A stretch of DNA of 64,000 bases from Elusimicrobiota bacterium (GTDB lineage: Bacteria > Elusimicrobiota > Elusimicrobia > UBA1565 > UBA9628): NCBI GenBank assembly GCA_003151975.1, contig PLZD01000031.1, positions 6,571 to 70,570 on the forward strand. The letters are read 5' to 3'. The notes beneath the pieces were generated by a model. It had not been told where the DNA came from. It ran no database searches and worked only from the letters and a program-made list of their open reading frames with translations. A program made the position numbers and the translations under genes. Every line of letters starts with the position of its first letter. Within the stretch, counting starts at the first letter, position 1. Below, piece after piece: positions 20,185-29,493 of this stretch.

Positions 20185-21425
20185 ACGTCCTCGTCCTGAA
20201 TTGCGGCTCGTCCTCGGTCAAGTTTCAGATCGTCGCGACGGATAAAGCCCGGATCGCCAAGGACGCCGACCGGCTCCTGGCCAAGGGCCTCATCGAGCGC
20301 GTCGGATCATTGGCGCTGATCACCTTCTCGGCTGAGGGCCGCGCCGTTTATAAAGACGAAGCGCCGCTCAAGGACGCCCGCGCGGCGATCGACCGCATCG
20401 CGCGCTGGATCGTGTCGGAGGAGGCGGGCATCCCCGGCGTGCGCTCGATGGCCGACATACACGCCGTCGGGCATCGCGTCGTGCACGGCGGCGAGCGCTT
20501 CAAGACCTCGATGGCCATCGACGACAAGGTCATCGCGGGAATCGAGGACTGCGTCGAATTGGCTCCCCTGCACAACCCGGCCAACCTCAAGGGCATCCGC
20601 GCAGCGCGCGAGCTCTTCGGCCGCGGCGTGCCCCAGATCGCCGTCTTCGATACCGCTTTTCATGCCACGATGCCCGAAACTTCGTATCTTTACGGAATTC
20701 CTTACCAGCTCTACCGCCGCCACAAAATTCGCCGCTACGGTTTTCACGGAACCTCGCATCGTTACGTCTCCTACCGCTACCGCACGATGCTCGGCCTTCC
20801 CAAAGAAAAGGTCGACATCATTACTTTGCATCTCGGCAACGGCTGCTCGGCCTGCGCGATCAAGAAAGGAGACTCGGTCAACACCTCGATGGGATTCACG
20901 CCGCTCGAGGGCCTGCTCATGGGCACGCGTTCGGGCGACCTCGACCCGTCGATCCTCGAGTATCTCGCGCTCAAGGAAGGCATGTCGCTCTCCGAGATCG
21001 ACTCGATGCTCAACAAGCAGAGCGGACTGCTCGGACTCTCAGGCTTGACCGGCGACATGCGCGACCTGCTCGAGGAGGAGGCCGAATCGCAAGACCGCCG
21101 CGCGCATTTGGCCATCGAGATCTTCTGCGCGCGCGTGCGCCGGTACATCGGCGGCTACTTCGCCGAGATGGGCGGCGCCGAGGCGTTGGTCTTCACGGGC
21201 GGCATCGGCGAGAACTCGCCGGAGATTCGCCGGCGCATCTGCGCGGGACTCGAGTGCCTCGGCTTGTCCGTCGACTCCCGCAAGAACGACTCGCTCAAAG
21301 GGACGCTCGGCGCGTTCAGCAAGCCTTCCTCGAAACTCAAGGCTTACGTCATTCCGACGGACGAAGAGCTTCTGATCGCGCGCGACGCCTACCGCGTCGT
21401 GTCCGGCATTCCCCTACCGCGCTAA
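20181..21425 (+). CDS. ackA: Acetate kinase
   Basis: Start at [17 protein letters not shown] (ATGA overlap). Also [14 protein letters not shown] and the GFHGTSH motifs. Confidence 0.95.
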   Translation: MNVLVLNCGSSSVKFQIVATDKARIAKDADRLLAKGLIERVGSLALITFSAEGRAVYKDEAPLKDARAAIDRIARWIVSEEAGIPGVRSMADIHAVGHRVVHGGERFKTSMAIDDKVIAGIEDCVELAPLHNPANLKGIRAARELFGRGVPQIAVFDTAFHATMPETSYLYGIPYQLYRRHKIRRYGFHGTSHRYVSYRYRTMLGLPKEKVDIITLHLGNGCSACAIKKGDSVNTSMGFTPLEGLLMGTRSGDLDPSILEYLALKEGMSLSEIDSMLNKQSGLLGLSGLTGDMRDLLEEEAESQDRRAHLAIEIFCARVRRYIGGYFAEMGGAEALVFTGGIGENSPEIRRRICAGLECLGLSVDSRKNDSLKGTLGAFSKPSSKLKAYVIPTDEELLIARDAYRVVSGIPLPR

Positions 21426-22045
21426 TTGCCCGCGTGGTGGGCGACGTAGCCCGTCAGCCACGTCGTGATGTCGGAGAAACCCGGCGCGCCGTAACCGAAC
21501 GATTTCGCCTCGGCCGCCGCGTCGGCGACCGACTTGCCGTTGTAGAGCACTTGATACGCCGCGACGACCGCGCCGGTGCGGTCATGCCCCAGATGGCAGT
21601 GGACGAGCACGGGCTGCTTGGTCGAGTCCATGATGATGGCCAGGGCCGCGTCGACTTGGGCGTACGACGGCGAACTGTGGTTATCCATCAGCTGAGGGAT
21701 CAAGGTGATGCCATCCGCGGCCGCCCAATCCGGCTCGGCCGGATCGTCAGCGTTGAGTTTGAGTATCGTCTTGACGCCCTTGGCGGCGAGCTGAGAGACG
21801 CCCTGCTGGGTCGGCTGGCCCGAGCGATAGAGGATGCCGGTGACCTTCGCGAAGTTCGGCAGGCCTTGGCCCGAGCCAGCACCTGGATTCGGCGCCGGTG
21901 CGGGTCGCTTGGTCGCCGTCGCGGTGAATTTAAGGGGCGCTGCGGTGACCGAGCTCGCCCAGTTCGCTTCAGGCGTCTGCGCTCCAGCCCAGGACACGAG
22001 CCCGAAAAAGACCACCGGGGTAAGCCAGTTCTTCCAGTTCATCAT
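21422..22045 (-). CDS. Secreted protein-tyrosine / dual-specificity phosphatase-like protein
   Basis: Signal peptide plus the CX5R active-site loop [19 protein letters not shown]. Confidence 0.75.
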   Translation of the reverse strand: MMNWKNWLTPVVFFGLVSWAGAQTPEANWASSVTAAPLKFTATATKRPAPAPNPGAGSGQGLPNFAKVTGILYRSGQPTQQGVSQLAAKGVKTILKLNADDPAEPDWAAADGITLIPQLMDNHSSPSYAQVDAALAIIMDSTKQPVLVHCHLGHDRTGAVVAAYQVLYNGKSVADAAAEAKSFGYGAPGFSDITTWLTGYVAHHAGN

Positions 22046-22236
22046 GCGCCCTCCTTTAATGACGCAGGGGAAGCCCGCGAGAGTCCGCGGCTTCCCCTGG
22101 TGGCTCCGGATTACGGTCCGGAGGTGGATGCTCCCCGACCAATCTCGGGGATTACAAGGTCATTTGGAGGTTAGCCCGCAAGGCCCATTGACAGCAGGGC
22201 CGTTAGGCCTATAGACGAATAGGACTTAAGACCTAC

Positions 22237-23676
22237 CTACTGCCCGCCGCCCAGGAAGACCGGATCCTGGTTGGTGTTGAACTCGCGGCGGGCGACGCGC
22301 GAGACTTCGGGCTTGAGGTAGTCGAAGGCCGCCTTGTAGTTCTGCGGGTGATCCTTGAGGCCCTTCAGGAAGAAGTAGGTGAAGAGGCCGTGGCCCTTGG
22401 TCTGGTAGGTGTTGCTGATCTCGTCGGCGCCGGCCGCGGCCAGCACGCTGATCTGCGCGGGGACCGAGGTCTGCACCATGTTGACCAGAGGACGCGCTCC
22501 GGAGGCGATGACCGAGCGGCCGCCCGCGCCCGAGAAGCAGGAGTCGAGCACGACGGTGACCTTGCCCGCCGGCAGTTTCGCGAGATAGGAATACATTCTT
22601 TGCACTGGATACGAGGTCTTGTCGAGGTAGGTCGGATCGCCGTCGTAGGGCACGAGATACGCGTCGCCTTTTGAGGGATCCGGCGCGCCGTGGCCGGAAT
22701 AATACACGAAGACCTCGTCGCCTTTCTCGACGCGGTTGGGCAGCCAGTTCTCGAAATATTTCTCGAAGTCGCTCTTGGTCGCCTGGCCGTCGACGAGGAC
22801 GGCGACGTTCTCCTCGGGAAAGCCCAGGGTCTGCGTCAGGTATTTGCCCACAAGACGCGCGTCGTTGGCGGCAAACTCCGCCGCGGGAAGACCGCCGCGG
22901 TAGTGCTCGATGCCGATCACGACGGCGTGCGCGCTTCTAGGCTTGCCGGTTGCGGCGGGAACGTCGTCGACATCGGAGCGCGGAGGAGGCGGCGGCTCTT
23001 TCTTGGCCACGGGACGAGGCGCGTCGTCGTACTGATCGTCGCGCGAGCGGCGCCGGCCGCGCCGGCGCGCCAGCTGCTCCTCGGAAGGCCGCATGTCGAC
23101 GGTGACCCGCTCGCCGGCCGCACCCACGACGCCGACCAAGGCGTCGGCGACTTCCTTGGCGGCCACGGGCATGCTCTTGCGCATCATGCCGTCGGCCGGA
23201 GACCCGGGCATGCCGCCCCAGGAGTTCTTCCAGTCGATGCCGCCGATCGAGCCGCCGGTCTGGCCGGTCGGATAGAAATTGATCTTCGTGTCGTCGAGCA
23301 GTTCCTCGCCGACGCCCATGATGTTGGGCACGGTTTTGGCCTGGACCGTCATGATGAGGTCGACGTTGCGCGCCGCCAGCTCCGTCAGGATGTCGGGCTC
23401 CTGCAAGGAATTGGCCTGGTCCGTGCTGAGCGGCCGGCCCGTGATGGCGTCGATGAGGGAGGAAGTGGCGTGCGTGTCGAGGACGTTGTAGCCGCGCGAG
23501 CTGAGCTCGGAGGCGATGGCGTCGGCGACCGCGGACTTGTTGGAGGTGGTGATGATCGCGCGGGGCCGCGTTTGCGGCTGGCGCGAGCCCTGGTTGATGA
23601 CGAGCCGCGAGCCTCCGCACGCGATGGATCCCGCCGCCGTCGCGGCGAGCAGCGAGAACCGCGCCAAGGTCTTCAA
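22237..23676 (-). CDS. Lipoprotein with a C-terminal caspase-like (peptidase C14) domain, paralog 1
   Basis: Lipobox LLAATAAGSIACGG. Caspase His/Cys dyad motifs YYSGHGAPD and VVLDSCFSGAGG. TTG start 1 nt after the paralog 2 stop. Confidence 0.85.
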   Translation of the reverse strand: MKTLARFSLLAATAAGSIACGGSRLVINQGSRQPQTRPRAIITTSNKSAVADAIASELSSRGYNVLDTHATSSLIDAITGRPLSTDQANSLQEPDILTELAARNVDLIMTVQAKTVPNIMGVGEELLDDTKINFYPTGQTGGSIGGIDWKNSWGGMPGSPADGMMRKSMPVAAKEVADALVGVVGAAGERVTVDMRPSEEQLARRRGRRRSRDDQYDDAPRPVAKKEPPPPPRSDVDDVPAATGKPRSAHAVVIGIEHYRGGLPAAEFAANDARLVGKYLTQTLGFPEENVAVLVDGQATKSDFEKYFENWLPNRVEKGDEVFVYYSGHGAPDPSKGDAYLVPYDGDPTYLDKTSYPVQRMYSYLAKLPAGKVTVVLDSCFSGAGGRSVIASGARPLVNMVQTSVPAQISVLAAAGADEISNTYQTKGHGLFTYFFLKGLKDHPQNYKAAFDYLKPEVSRVARREFNTNQDPVFLGGGQ

Positions 23677-23677
23677 G

Positions 23678-25171
23678 TTAGTTGCCTCCCTGCCACTCGG
23701 GATCCTGCTGTGTGTTCAGGTCGCGGCGCGCGACGCGCGAGACCTGGGGCTTGAGGTAGTCGAAGGCCGCCTTGAAATCGTCCGGGTGCTCCTTGAGGCC
23801 CTTGAGGAAGTAGTAGGTGAAGAGGCCGTGGCCCTTGGCCGCGTAGGTGTTGCTGATCTCGTCGGCGCCGGCCGCGGCCAGCACGCTGATCTTGGCCGGG
23901 ACCTTGGTCGGGACCATGTTGACGAGCGGGCGCGCGCCCGCGGCGATGACCGAGTGACCGCCCGCGCCGGAGAAGCACGAGTCGAGCACGACGGTGACCT
24001 TCGAGGCGGGGAGCTTGGCGAGCGCGGCGTAGAGCGCCTCGACGGGATAGCCCGTCTTGGCGATGTAGGTCGGGTCGCCGTCCCAGGGCACGAGATAAGC
24101 GTCGTGCGTTTGAATATTCGGTGCGCCATGACCCGAGAAATACACGAAAACTTCGTCGCCCTTCTCGACGCGGTTGGGCAGCCAGTTCTCGAAATCTTTC
24201 TCGAAGTCGCTCTTGCTCGCCTGGCCGTCGATGAGCAGCGCCACGTTCTCCTCGGGGAAGCCCAAGGTCTTGGTGACGTACTCGCGGACGAGCTTCGCGT
24301 CGTCGTCGGCGAATTCCGCCGCGGGCATACCGGCCTGCCGGTAGTGCGCGATGCCGATGATGACGGCGTGGCCATTTCGTTTGCCCGAGCCGGCGGGGAC
24401 TTCATCGACATCCGAGCGGATTTTGGCGGGAGCGGCGGGGGCAGCCGCGACGGCAGCGGCGGCGGGGCGCGTGCCGCGGCGGCGCGGGGCGCTGTCGGCG
24501 ACGTCGTTGGAGGCGGCGGCCGCGGCGTCCTTGATCTGGGGCAGGTCGCGGACGATGTCCTCGGCGAGCTTGGAGATGAGCGCCGCGATCGCGACGTCGG
24601 CGCCCTTCTGCATCATGTCGTTGGCGCCGCCAGGGAAGATCATCATGTGCGACATCTCGACCTTGAAATTCTCGGTGTAGCGCCGAATCTCGCGGCGGTC
24701 GGCGTCCTGGATAATGAGGTCGGCCTTGGCGTCGTACTTATCGCCGTACCAAATGATCGGCGAGGCCACGAAGAGCGTGAAGCCGGTCAAGAAGGCCTTG
24801 GCCGCCCACATCGGGTCGGCGACGTACTGAATGGCCATCTTCGCGGACATCGTCAGGTCGATGTCATCGGCCGAGCGGCCCATCGAGATCGGGAACTGGA
24901 CTTCCTTGAACGCACCGGTCTGGCGCAGGCCGTCGGCGATCTTGCCCGGAATGGACGGAGCGATCTCGCTGCTGGCGGTACCCGCGAATTGCGGGCTGAA
25001 CACCATGAAATTGCCGTTGACGGTCGAGCCCTCGGAGACGAGGCCGACGGTCAGATTCGTCGATTCCGACGCGTGCGGGATGGGAGGCGCCTGGTCGGGC
25101 TTGACGGAGGCGAAGCCGCAGCCGGAGATGAGAGTCGAGAGGGCGATGTACGCGGCGAGTGTTCTTTTCAT
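23678..25171 (-). CDS. Lipoprotein with a C-terminal caspase-like (peptidase C14) domain, paralog 2
   Basis: Start chosen at MKRTLAAYIALSTLISGCG (lipobox). YFSGHGAPN and VVLDSCFSGAGG motifs. Its N-terminal domain is unrelated to that of paralog 1. Confidence 0.85.
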   Translation of the reverse strand: MKRTLAAYIALSTLISGCGFASVKPDQAPPIPHASESTNLTVGLVSEGSTVNGNFMVFSPQFAGTASSEIAPSIPGKIADGLRQTGAFKEVQFPISMGRSADDIDLTMSAKMAIQYVADPMWAAKAFLTGFTLFVASPIIWYGDKYDAKADLIIQDADRREIRRYTENFKVEMSHMMIFPGGANDMMQKGADVAIAALISKLAEDIVRDLPQIKDAAAAASNDVADSAPRRRGTRPAAAAVAAAPAAPAKIRSDVDEVPAGSGKRNGHAVIIGIAHYRQAGMPAAEFADDDAKLVREYVTKTLGFPEENVALLIDGQASKSDFEKDFENWLPNRVEKGDEVFVYFSGHGAPNIQTHDAYLVPWDGDPTYIAKTGYPVEALYAALAKLPASKVTVVLDSCFSGAGGHSVIAAGARPLVNMVPTKVPAKISVLAAAGADEISNTYAAKGHGLFTYYFLKGLKEHPDDFKAAFDYLKPQVSRVARRDLNTQQDPEWQGGN

Positions 25172-25243
25172 GGTGATTAAGTTTACCACAATTATTTTCA
25201 CTATTCTCTGTCATTCGGAGCAATAATCGTGCCAAATCCCACC

Positions 25244-25272
25244 TTGACAATTAGCGGCTGCGATGGTACATT
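25244..25272 (+). promoter_or_regulatory. Promoter TTGACA-17 nt-TACATT (TGG-extended) upstream of the mlaC-like gene
   Basis: TTGACA at 25244-25249 and tggTACATT at 25264-25272. AAGGAG Shine-Dalgarno sequence at 25293-25298 before the ATG at 25304. Confidence 0.5.
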
Positions 25273-25303
25273 TCGTCTGTCCTTCATATCAGAGCAAGGA
25301 GCC

Positions 25304-25963
25304 ATGCCCATGCGCGAAATGATTCTCGCCGCCGCCGTCGTCCTCGCCTGCAGCCCCGTCCGCGCGGCCGACGAGCCCAGCGCCGACGCCAAGGAAGTTA
25401 AAACGCTCATCGCGACCGCCGTCGGCAGCACCATCGACGTCCTCAAGGACAAGAACAACGACAAAGACGCGCGCCGGAAGAAAGTCTACGCCCTTATTGA
25501 TCCCGTCGTCGACTGGCCGCTCATGGGCAAGCTCACGCTGGGGCGCGAGCACTGGCCGCAATTCGACGAGCCGCAGCGCAAGGAATTCCTCGAATCCTTC
25601 AGCCGCGTCATCCGCGACTCCGTCTACGACAAGGTCCAGGTTTACACCAACGAGACCGTAGATTTCGACGACGCGACTCCCGCCGACAAGGGGAAATACG
25701 CGCTGCTGATGCACGTCTTCTCGCAGGGCCAGAAGTTCAAGGCGCTCTTCAAGCTCCACCGAGAACAGGACGGAGCTTGGAAGGTCTACGATCTCGAGAT
25801 CGAGGGCATCAGCATGGTCAAGATTTACTCGGCGCAGTACGACCAGTTCCTCGCGAAGGGCACTCCCGACCAGCTGCTCGAGAAGCTCAAGGCCAAGGCG
25901 CTCGCGGTGCCCGATCAGTTCAAGGTCGTCGCGCGTCCCAAAAAAGTCGACGCGAAGCAGTAG
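25304..25963 (+). CDS. MlaC/Ttg2D-family periplasmic lipid-binding protein
   Basis: Signal peptide. IDPVVDWPLMGKLTLGREHWPQFDEPQRKEFLESFSRVIRDSVYDKV ... WKVYDLEIEGISMV matches the toluene-tolerance Ttg2D/MlaC pattern. Confidence 0.8.
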   Translation: MPMREMILAAAVVLACSPVRAADEPSADAKEVKTLIATAVGSTIDVLKDKNNDKDARRKKVYALIDPVVDWPLMGKLTLGREHWPQFDEPQRKEFLESFSRVIRDSVYDKVQVYTNETVDFDDATPADKGKYALLMHVFSQGQKFKALFKLHREQDGAWKVYDLEIEGISMVKIYSAQYDQFLAKGTPDQLLEKLKAKALAVPDQFKVVARPKKVDAKQ

Positions 25964-26038
25964 CCCGCGCTCAGCCGGCGGCCGCCAGAAATCGTCCCAG
26001 CCATTGACATTTTTTGGTTCCGGGGCTATACCTCGACC

Positions 26039-28588
26039 ATGTCTGCTCTTCGCGAGGCCTGGGGTCATTTCACGGACCGCGTCTGGCATCTCTACGACCG
26101 CGCGGTATTAAGGAACCCCAAGGCCTCGCTCGCGGCGCTCGGCGTGATCAGCCTCGTGTGCTGCTTCGGGCTCAAGGGCTTTCGCGCCGACGCCTCGGGC
26201 GATTCCCTGGTGCTCGAGCACGACGACGACGTCAAATACGCGCGGGCCGTCTCCGCGCGCTACGAGAACAACGACTTCGTCGTCATCGCCTACGAGCCGC
26301 CCGAAGGTCTCTTCGCCAAGCCCTCGCTCGACCGCCTGCGCGAAGTGCGCGACGCGCTCAGGAAAGTTCAAGGTGTTTCTTCGGTCGTTTCTATCCTCGA
26401 TGTCCCGCTGCTGCGCAACCCGCCGGGGCCGCTCAAGGATCTTCAGAAGAACATGAAGACGCTCGAGGACCCCAAGGCCGACTTGAAGCAGGCCATCGAG
26501 GAATTCAAGACGAGCCCGATCTACCAGAACCAGCTCGTCGGCGCGGACTTAAAATCCACCGCGATCCAAGTCAACTTCGCCGTCGACCCGAAGGACCAAG
26601 CCAACATCACGCGGCGCGCCGCCCTGCGCGAAAAGGACTACCGCAAGACAATCACGCTGGAAGATCGCGAAGAGCTCAAAGGGTTGGAGTCCTGGTACCG
26701 CTTATATAAGGACAAGGTCGCCGCGGTGCACCACGACGAGCTCCACGACATCCGCGCCATCATCGGCAAGTACCGCGGCCAGGCGCGCTTTCTGCTGGGC
26801 GGCATACCGATGATCATCGACGACATGATGACCTACATCCGCCACGACGTCGTCGTCTTCGGCATCGCGATCATGCTTTTCATCGCGTGCACGCTCTACA
26901 TCATCTACGGCCATATCCGTTGGGTCGTGCTGCCTTTGGCGAGCTGCGTGCTCTCGGTGATCCTCATGATGGGCGGGATGGGCTTGGCGCACTGGGATGT
27001 CACCGTGGTCTCGGCCAATTTCGTGACGCTCCAGCTGATCCTTACGATGGAGCTGGCGATCTACGTGATCTCGCGCTACCGCGAGCTCGTCTGGGCCAAG
27101 CCCCAAGCCGACAACCACGACCTCGTGCTCGAGACCGTACGCGAGGCTTGGGTGCCGGCGCTCTACATGAAGCTCACGACGATCGTCGGCTTTGAGTCGC
27201 TGATCTTCTGCGACATCTTGCCCGTCGTGCAGTTCGGCTGGATCATGACTTTGGGCGTGATCGTCTCGATGGTGCTCATCTACTGGCTCGTGCCGGCCGT
27301 GATGGTGCTATTCCCGAAATCGTCGCCGAAGGAAGAGCTCGAATGGGGCTCGCCCACGACCTTTCGCTTTGCGCGCTTCACGGTCAACCACGCCGCGATC
27401 ATCTACGCGCTGACGGTTCTGGTCTCGGTGGGGACGGCCGTGGGGATCAAGAGGCTCCAGGTCGAGAACAGCTTCATCGACTACTTCCGCAAGGACACCC
27501 CGATCTACAAAGGCATGCGCTTCATCGACGAATCTCTCGGCGGCACGACGCCCATCGAGATCATCTTGAAGCTCGGAAACGGGAAGCCGACGGCTGCGGC
27601 GGCGGAAGCCAAGGCTCCCGCCGACAAGTCCTTCGACGATTTCGACGAGTTCGAGAAGAAGGGCGCGGACGCGGAGAAATATTGGTACACCGCCGACCGC
27701 ATCGCGACCATCGAGAAGGTCCACGACTATCTCGAGAGCCTGCCCGAGACCGGCAAGGTCATGTCGCTGGCGACGCTCAGCAAGACGGCCGTCACGCTCA
27801 ACAATGGAAAGCCGCTCGACGACGTCAGCCTGACCTTCCTTTACAACTCCGCCGCGGGCTTCAAGGGCCTGCTGATCTCGCCCTACGTCTCGATCGAGAA
27901 CGACGAGGCGCGCATCACCGCGCGCATAAAGGATTCCAGCCCGTTCCTGCACCGCGCCGAACTCATCCGGCGCATCCGCCACGACCTCGTTTTCAAAGTC
28001 GGTCTCAAAGAAGAGGAGTTCCGGATCAGCGGCCTCATGCTGCTCTACAACAACATGCTGCAAAGCCTCTACACCTCGCAGATCAAGAGCATCGGCTTCT
28101 CGATCCTGGCGTTGTTCATCATGCTGCTGGTGCTGTTCCGTTCGGTCACGATCTCGCTGGTCGCGCTGCTGCCGCAGGTGCTGGCGTCTCTGAGCGTGCT
28201 GGGCGTGATGGGGCTGGGGGGAATCTCGCTCGACGTCATGACGATCACGATCGTCTCGATCGCGATGGGCATCGCCGTCAACAACACGATCCAATACGTC
28301 TACCGCTTTGAGCACGAGATCCAGCGCGACGGCAACTACGAGCGCGCCATGCACCACTGCCACCTGACCATCGGCAACCCGATCTTCTACACGTCGCTGA
28401 CGATCACGGTCGGCTTCGGGATTCTGGCCATTTCCAAGTTCGTGCCGACGATCATGTTCGGCCTGCTGATAGGGCTTGCGATGGTCGTGGCCCTGCTTTC
28501 GTCGCAGACTTTGCTGCCGGCCCTCATCCTTTTGACCAAGCCCTTTGGAGTCAAACGCAAGCCGTTGACGCGGGAAACGCCCCCTTGA
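26039..28588 (+). CDS. RND-superfamily exporter, MMPL / HpnN-like (two 6-TM bundles)
   Basis: 849 aa with two repeated blocks, each a large soluble loop followed by 5-6 TM helices (sterol-sensing-domain-like organisation). Confidence 0.8.
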   Translation: MSALREAWGHFTDRVWHLYDRAVLRNPKASLAALGVISLVCCFGLKGFRADASGDSLVLEHDDDVKYARAVSARYENNDFVVIAYEPPEGLFAKPSLDRLREVRDALRKVQGVSSVVSILDVPLLRNPPGPLKDLQKNMKTLEDPKADLKQAIEEFKTSPIYQNQLVGADLKSTAIQVNFAVDPKDQANITRRAALREKDYRKTITLEDREELKGLESWYRLYKDKVAAVHHDELHDIRAIIGKYRGQARFLLGGIPMIIDDMMTYIRHDVVVFGIAIMLFIACTLYIIYGHIRWVVLPLASCVLSVILMMGGMGLAHWDVTVVSANFVTLQLILTMELAIYVISRYRELVWAKPQADNHDLVLETVREAWVPALYMKLTTIVGFESLIFCDILPVVQFGWIMTLGVIVSMVLIYWLVPAVMVLFPKSSPKEELEWGSPTTFRFARFTVNHAAIIYALTVLVSVGTAVGIKRLQVENSFIDYFRKDTPIYKGMRFIDESLGGTTPIEIILKLGNGKPTAAAAEAKAPADKSFDDFDEFEKKGADAEKYWYTADRIATIEKVHDYLESLPETGKVMSLATLSKTAVTLNNGKPLDDVSLTFLYNSAAGFKGLLISPYVSIENDEARITARIKDSSPFLHRAELIRRIRHDLVFKVGLKEEEFRISGLMLLYNNMLQSLYTSQIKSIGFSILALFIMLLVLFRSVTISLVALLPQVLASLSVLGVMGLGGISLDVMTITIVSIAMGIAVNNTIQYVYRFEHEIQRDGNYERAMHHCHLTIGNPIFYTSLTITVGFGILAISKFVPTIMFGLLIGLAMVVALLSSQTLLPALILLTKPFGVKRKPLTRETPP

Positions 28589-28639
28589 TTTATTCCGGTT
28601 TGAGGGCTACAGTCAGACAGCGATGATGGGAGGAAAGAA

Positions 28640-29431
28640 ATGAAGAACATCCTCGGAGCGGCCGTTCTGGTTTCGCTGGCCGCGAGTTCCCTTCGCGCCG
28701 CGGAGCCGGCGAAGAAGCCGGACGAGAAAATGATCTCCATCGGAGCCAGCACCGAGTCCGAGTTCGAGGAGTTCGACGCCGAGTTCGGCAAGCAAAAGCA
28801 GGAGTCGCTGCGGGTCTCGGATCCCTTGCGCGGCTTCAACCGCGCGATGTTCTGGTTCAACGACAAGTTCTATTTCTACTTCGCCAAGCCCATCGCCAAA
28901 GGCTACGGCTTCATCATCCCCGAACCCGCGCGCGTATCCATCAACCGCGCCTTCACTAACTCGACTTTCGCCGTGCGGTTCGTCAACGCGGGCCTGCAGC
29001 TGCGCTTCAAGGGCGCGGGCCACGAGCTCGAGCGCTTTCTCGTCAACACCACGCTCGGCATCGGCGGGCTCTTCGATCCCGCGGACAAATGGTTCCACAT
29101 CAAGGCCTGCGAGGCCGACTTCGGCCAGACTTTCGGCCGCTGGGGCATCGGCCACGGCCCGCCGCTGGTCCTGCCCATTCTCGGCCAGACCAACGTCCGC
29201 GACGGCATCGGCCTGGTGCCGAATTTTCTCGGCGACCCGCCCTACTGGTTCCTCCCTTACTGGTCGTATGTCGGCTACACGGCCGGCGTGAAGATGAACT
29301 ACGTCTCCCTGCACATCGGCGACTACGAGAAGGTCAAGAAGGACTCGCTCGATCCCTACACCTTCATCCGCGACGCGCATCTGCAGTACCGCGAGAAGAA
29401 GGTCCAGGAAGCCAAGGAAAACAAGGACTAG
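28640..29431 (+). CDS. mlaA: MlaA/VacJ-family outer-membrane lipoprotein
   Basis: DPLRGFNRAMFWFNDKFY ... NTTLGIGGLFDPA ... DFGQTFGRWGIGHGPPLVLPILG matches the VacJ signature. Confidence 0.85.
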   Translation: MKNILGAAVLVSLAASSLRAAEPAKKPDEKMISIGASTESEFEEFDAEFGKQKQESLRVSDPLRGFNRAMFWFNDKFYFYFAKPIAKGYGFIIPEPARVSINRAFTNSTFAVRFVNAGLQLRFKGAGHELERFLVNTTLGIGGLFDPADKWFHIKACEADFGQTFGRWGIGHGPPLVLPILGQTNVRDGIGLVPNFLGDPPYWFLPYWSYVGYTAGVKMNYVSLHIGDYEKVKKDSLDPYTFIRDAHLQYREKKVQEAKENKD

Positions 29432-29493
29432 GCTTTACCGTCTTTTTTACCGCCGGAAACAAATCGCGGGACATCGGGCGCTATACTCCCAAC

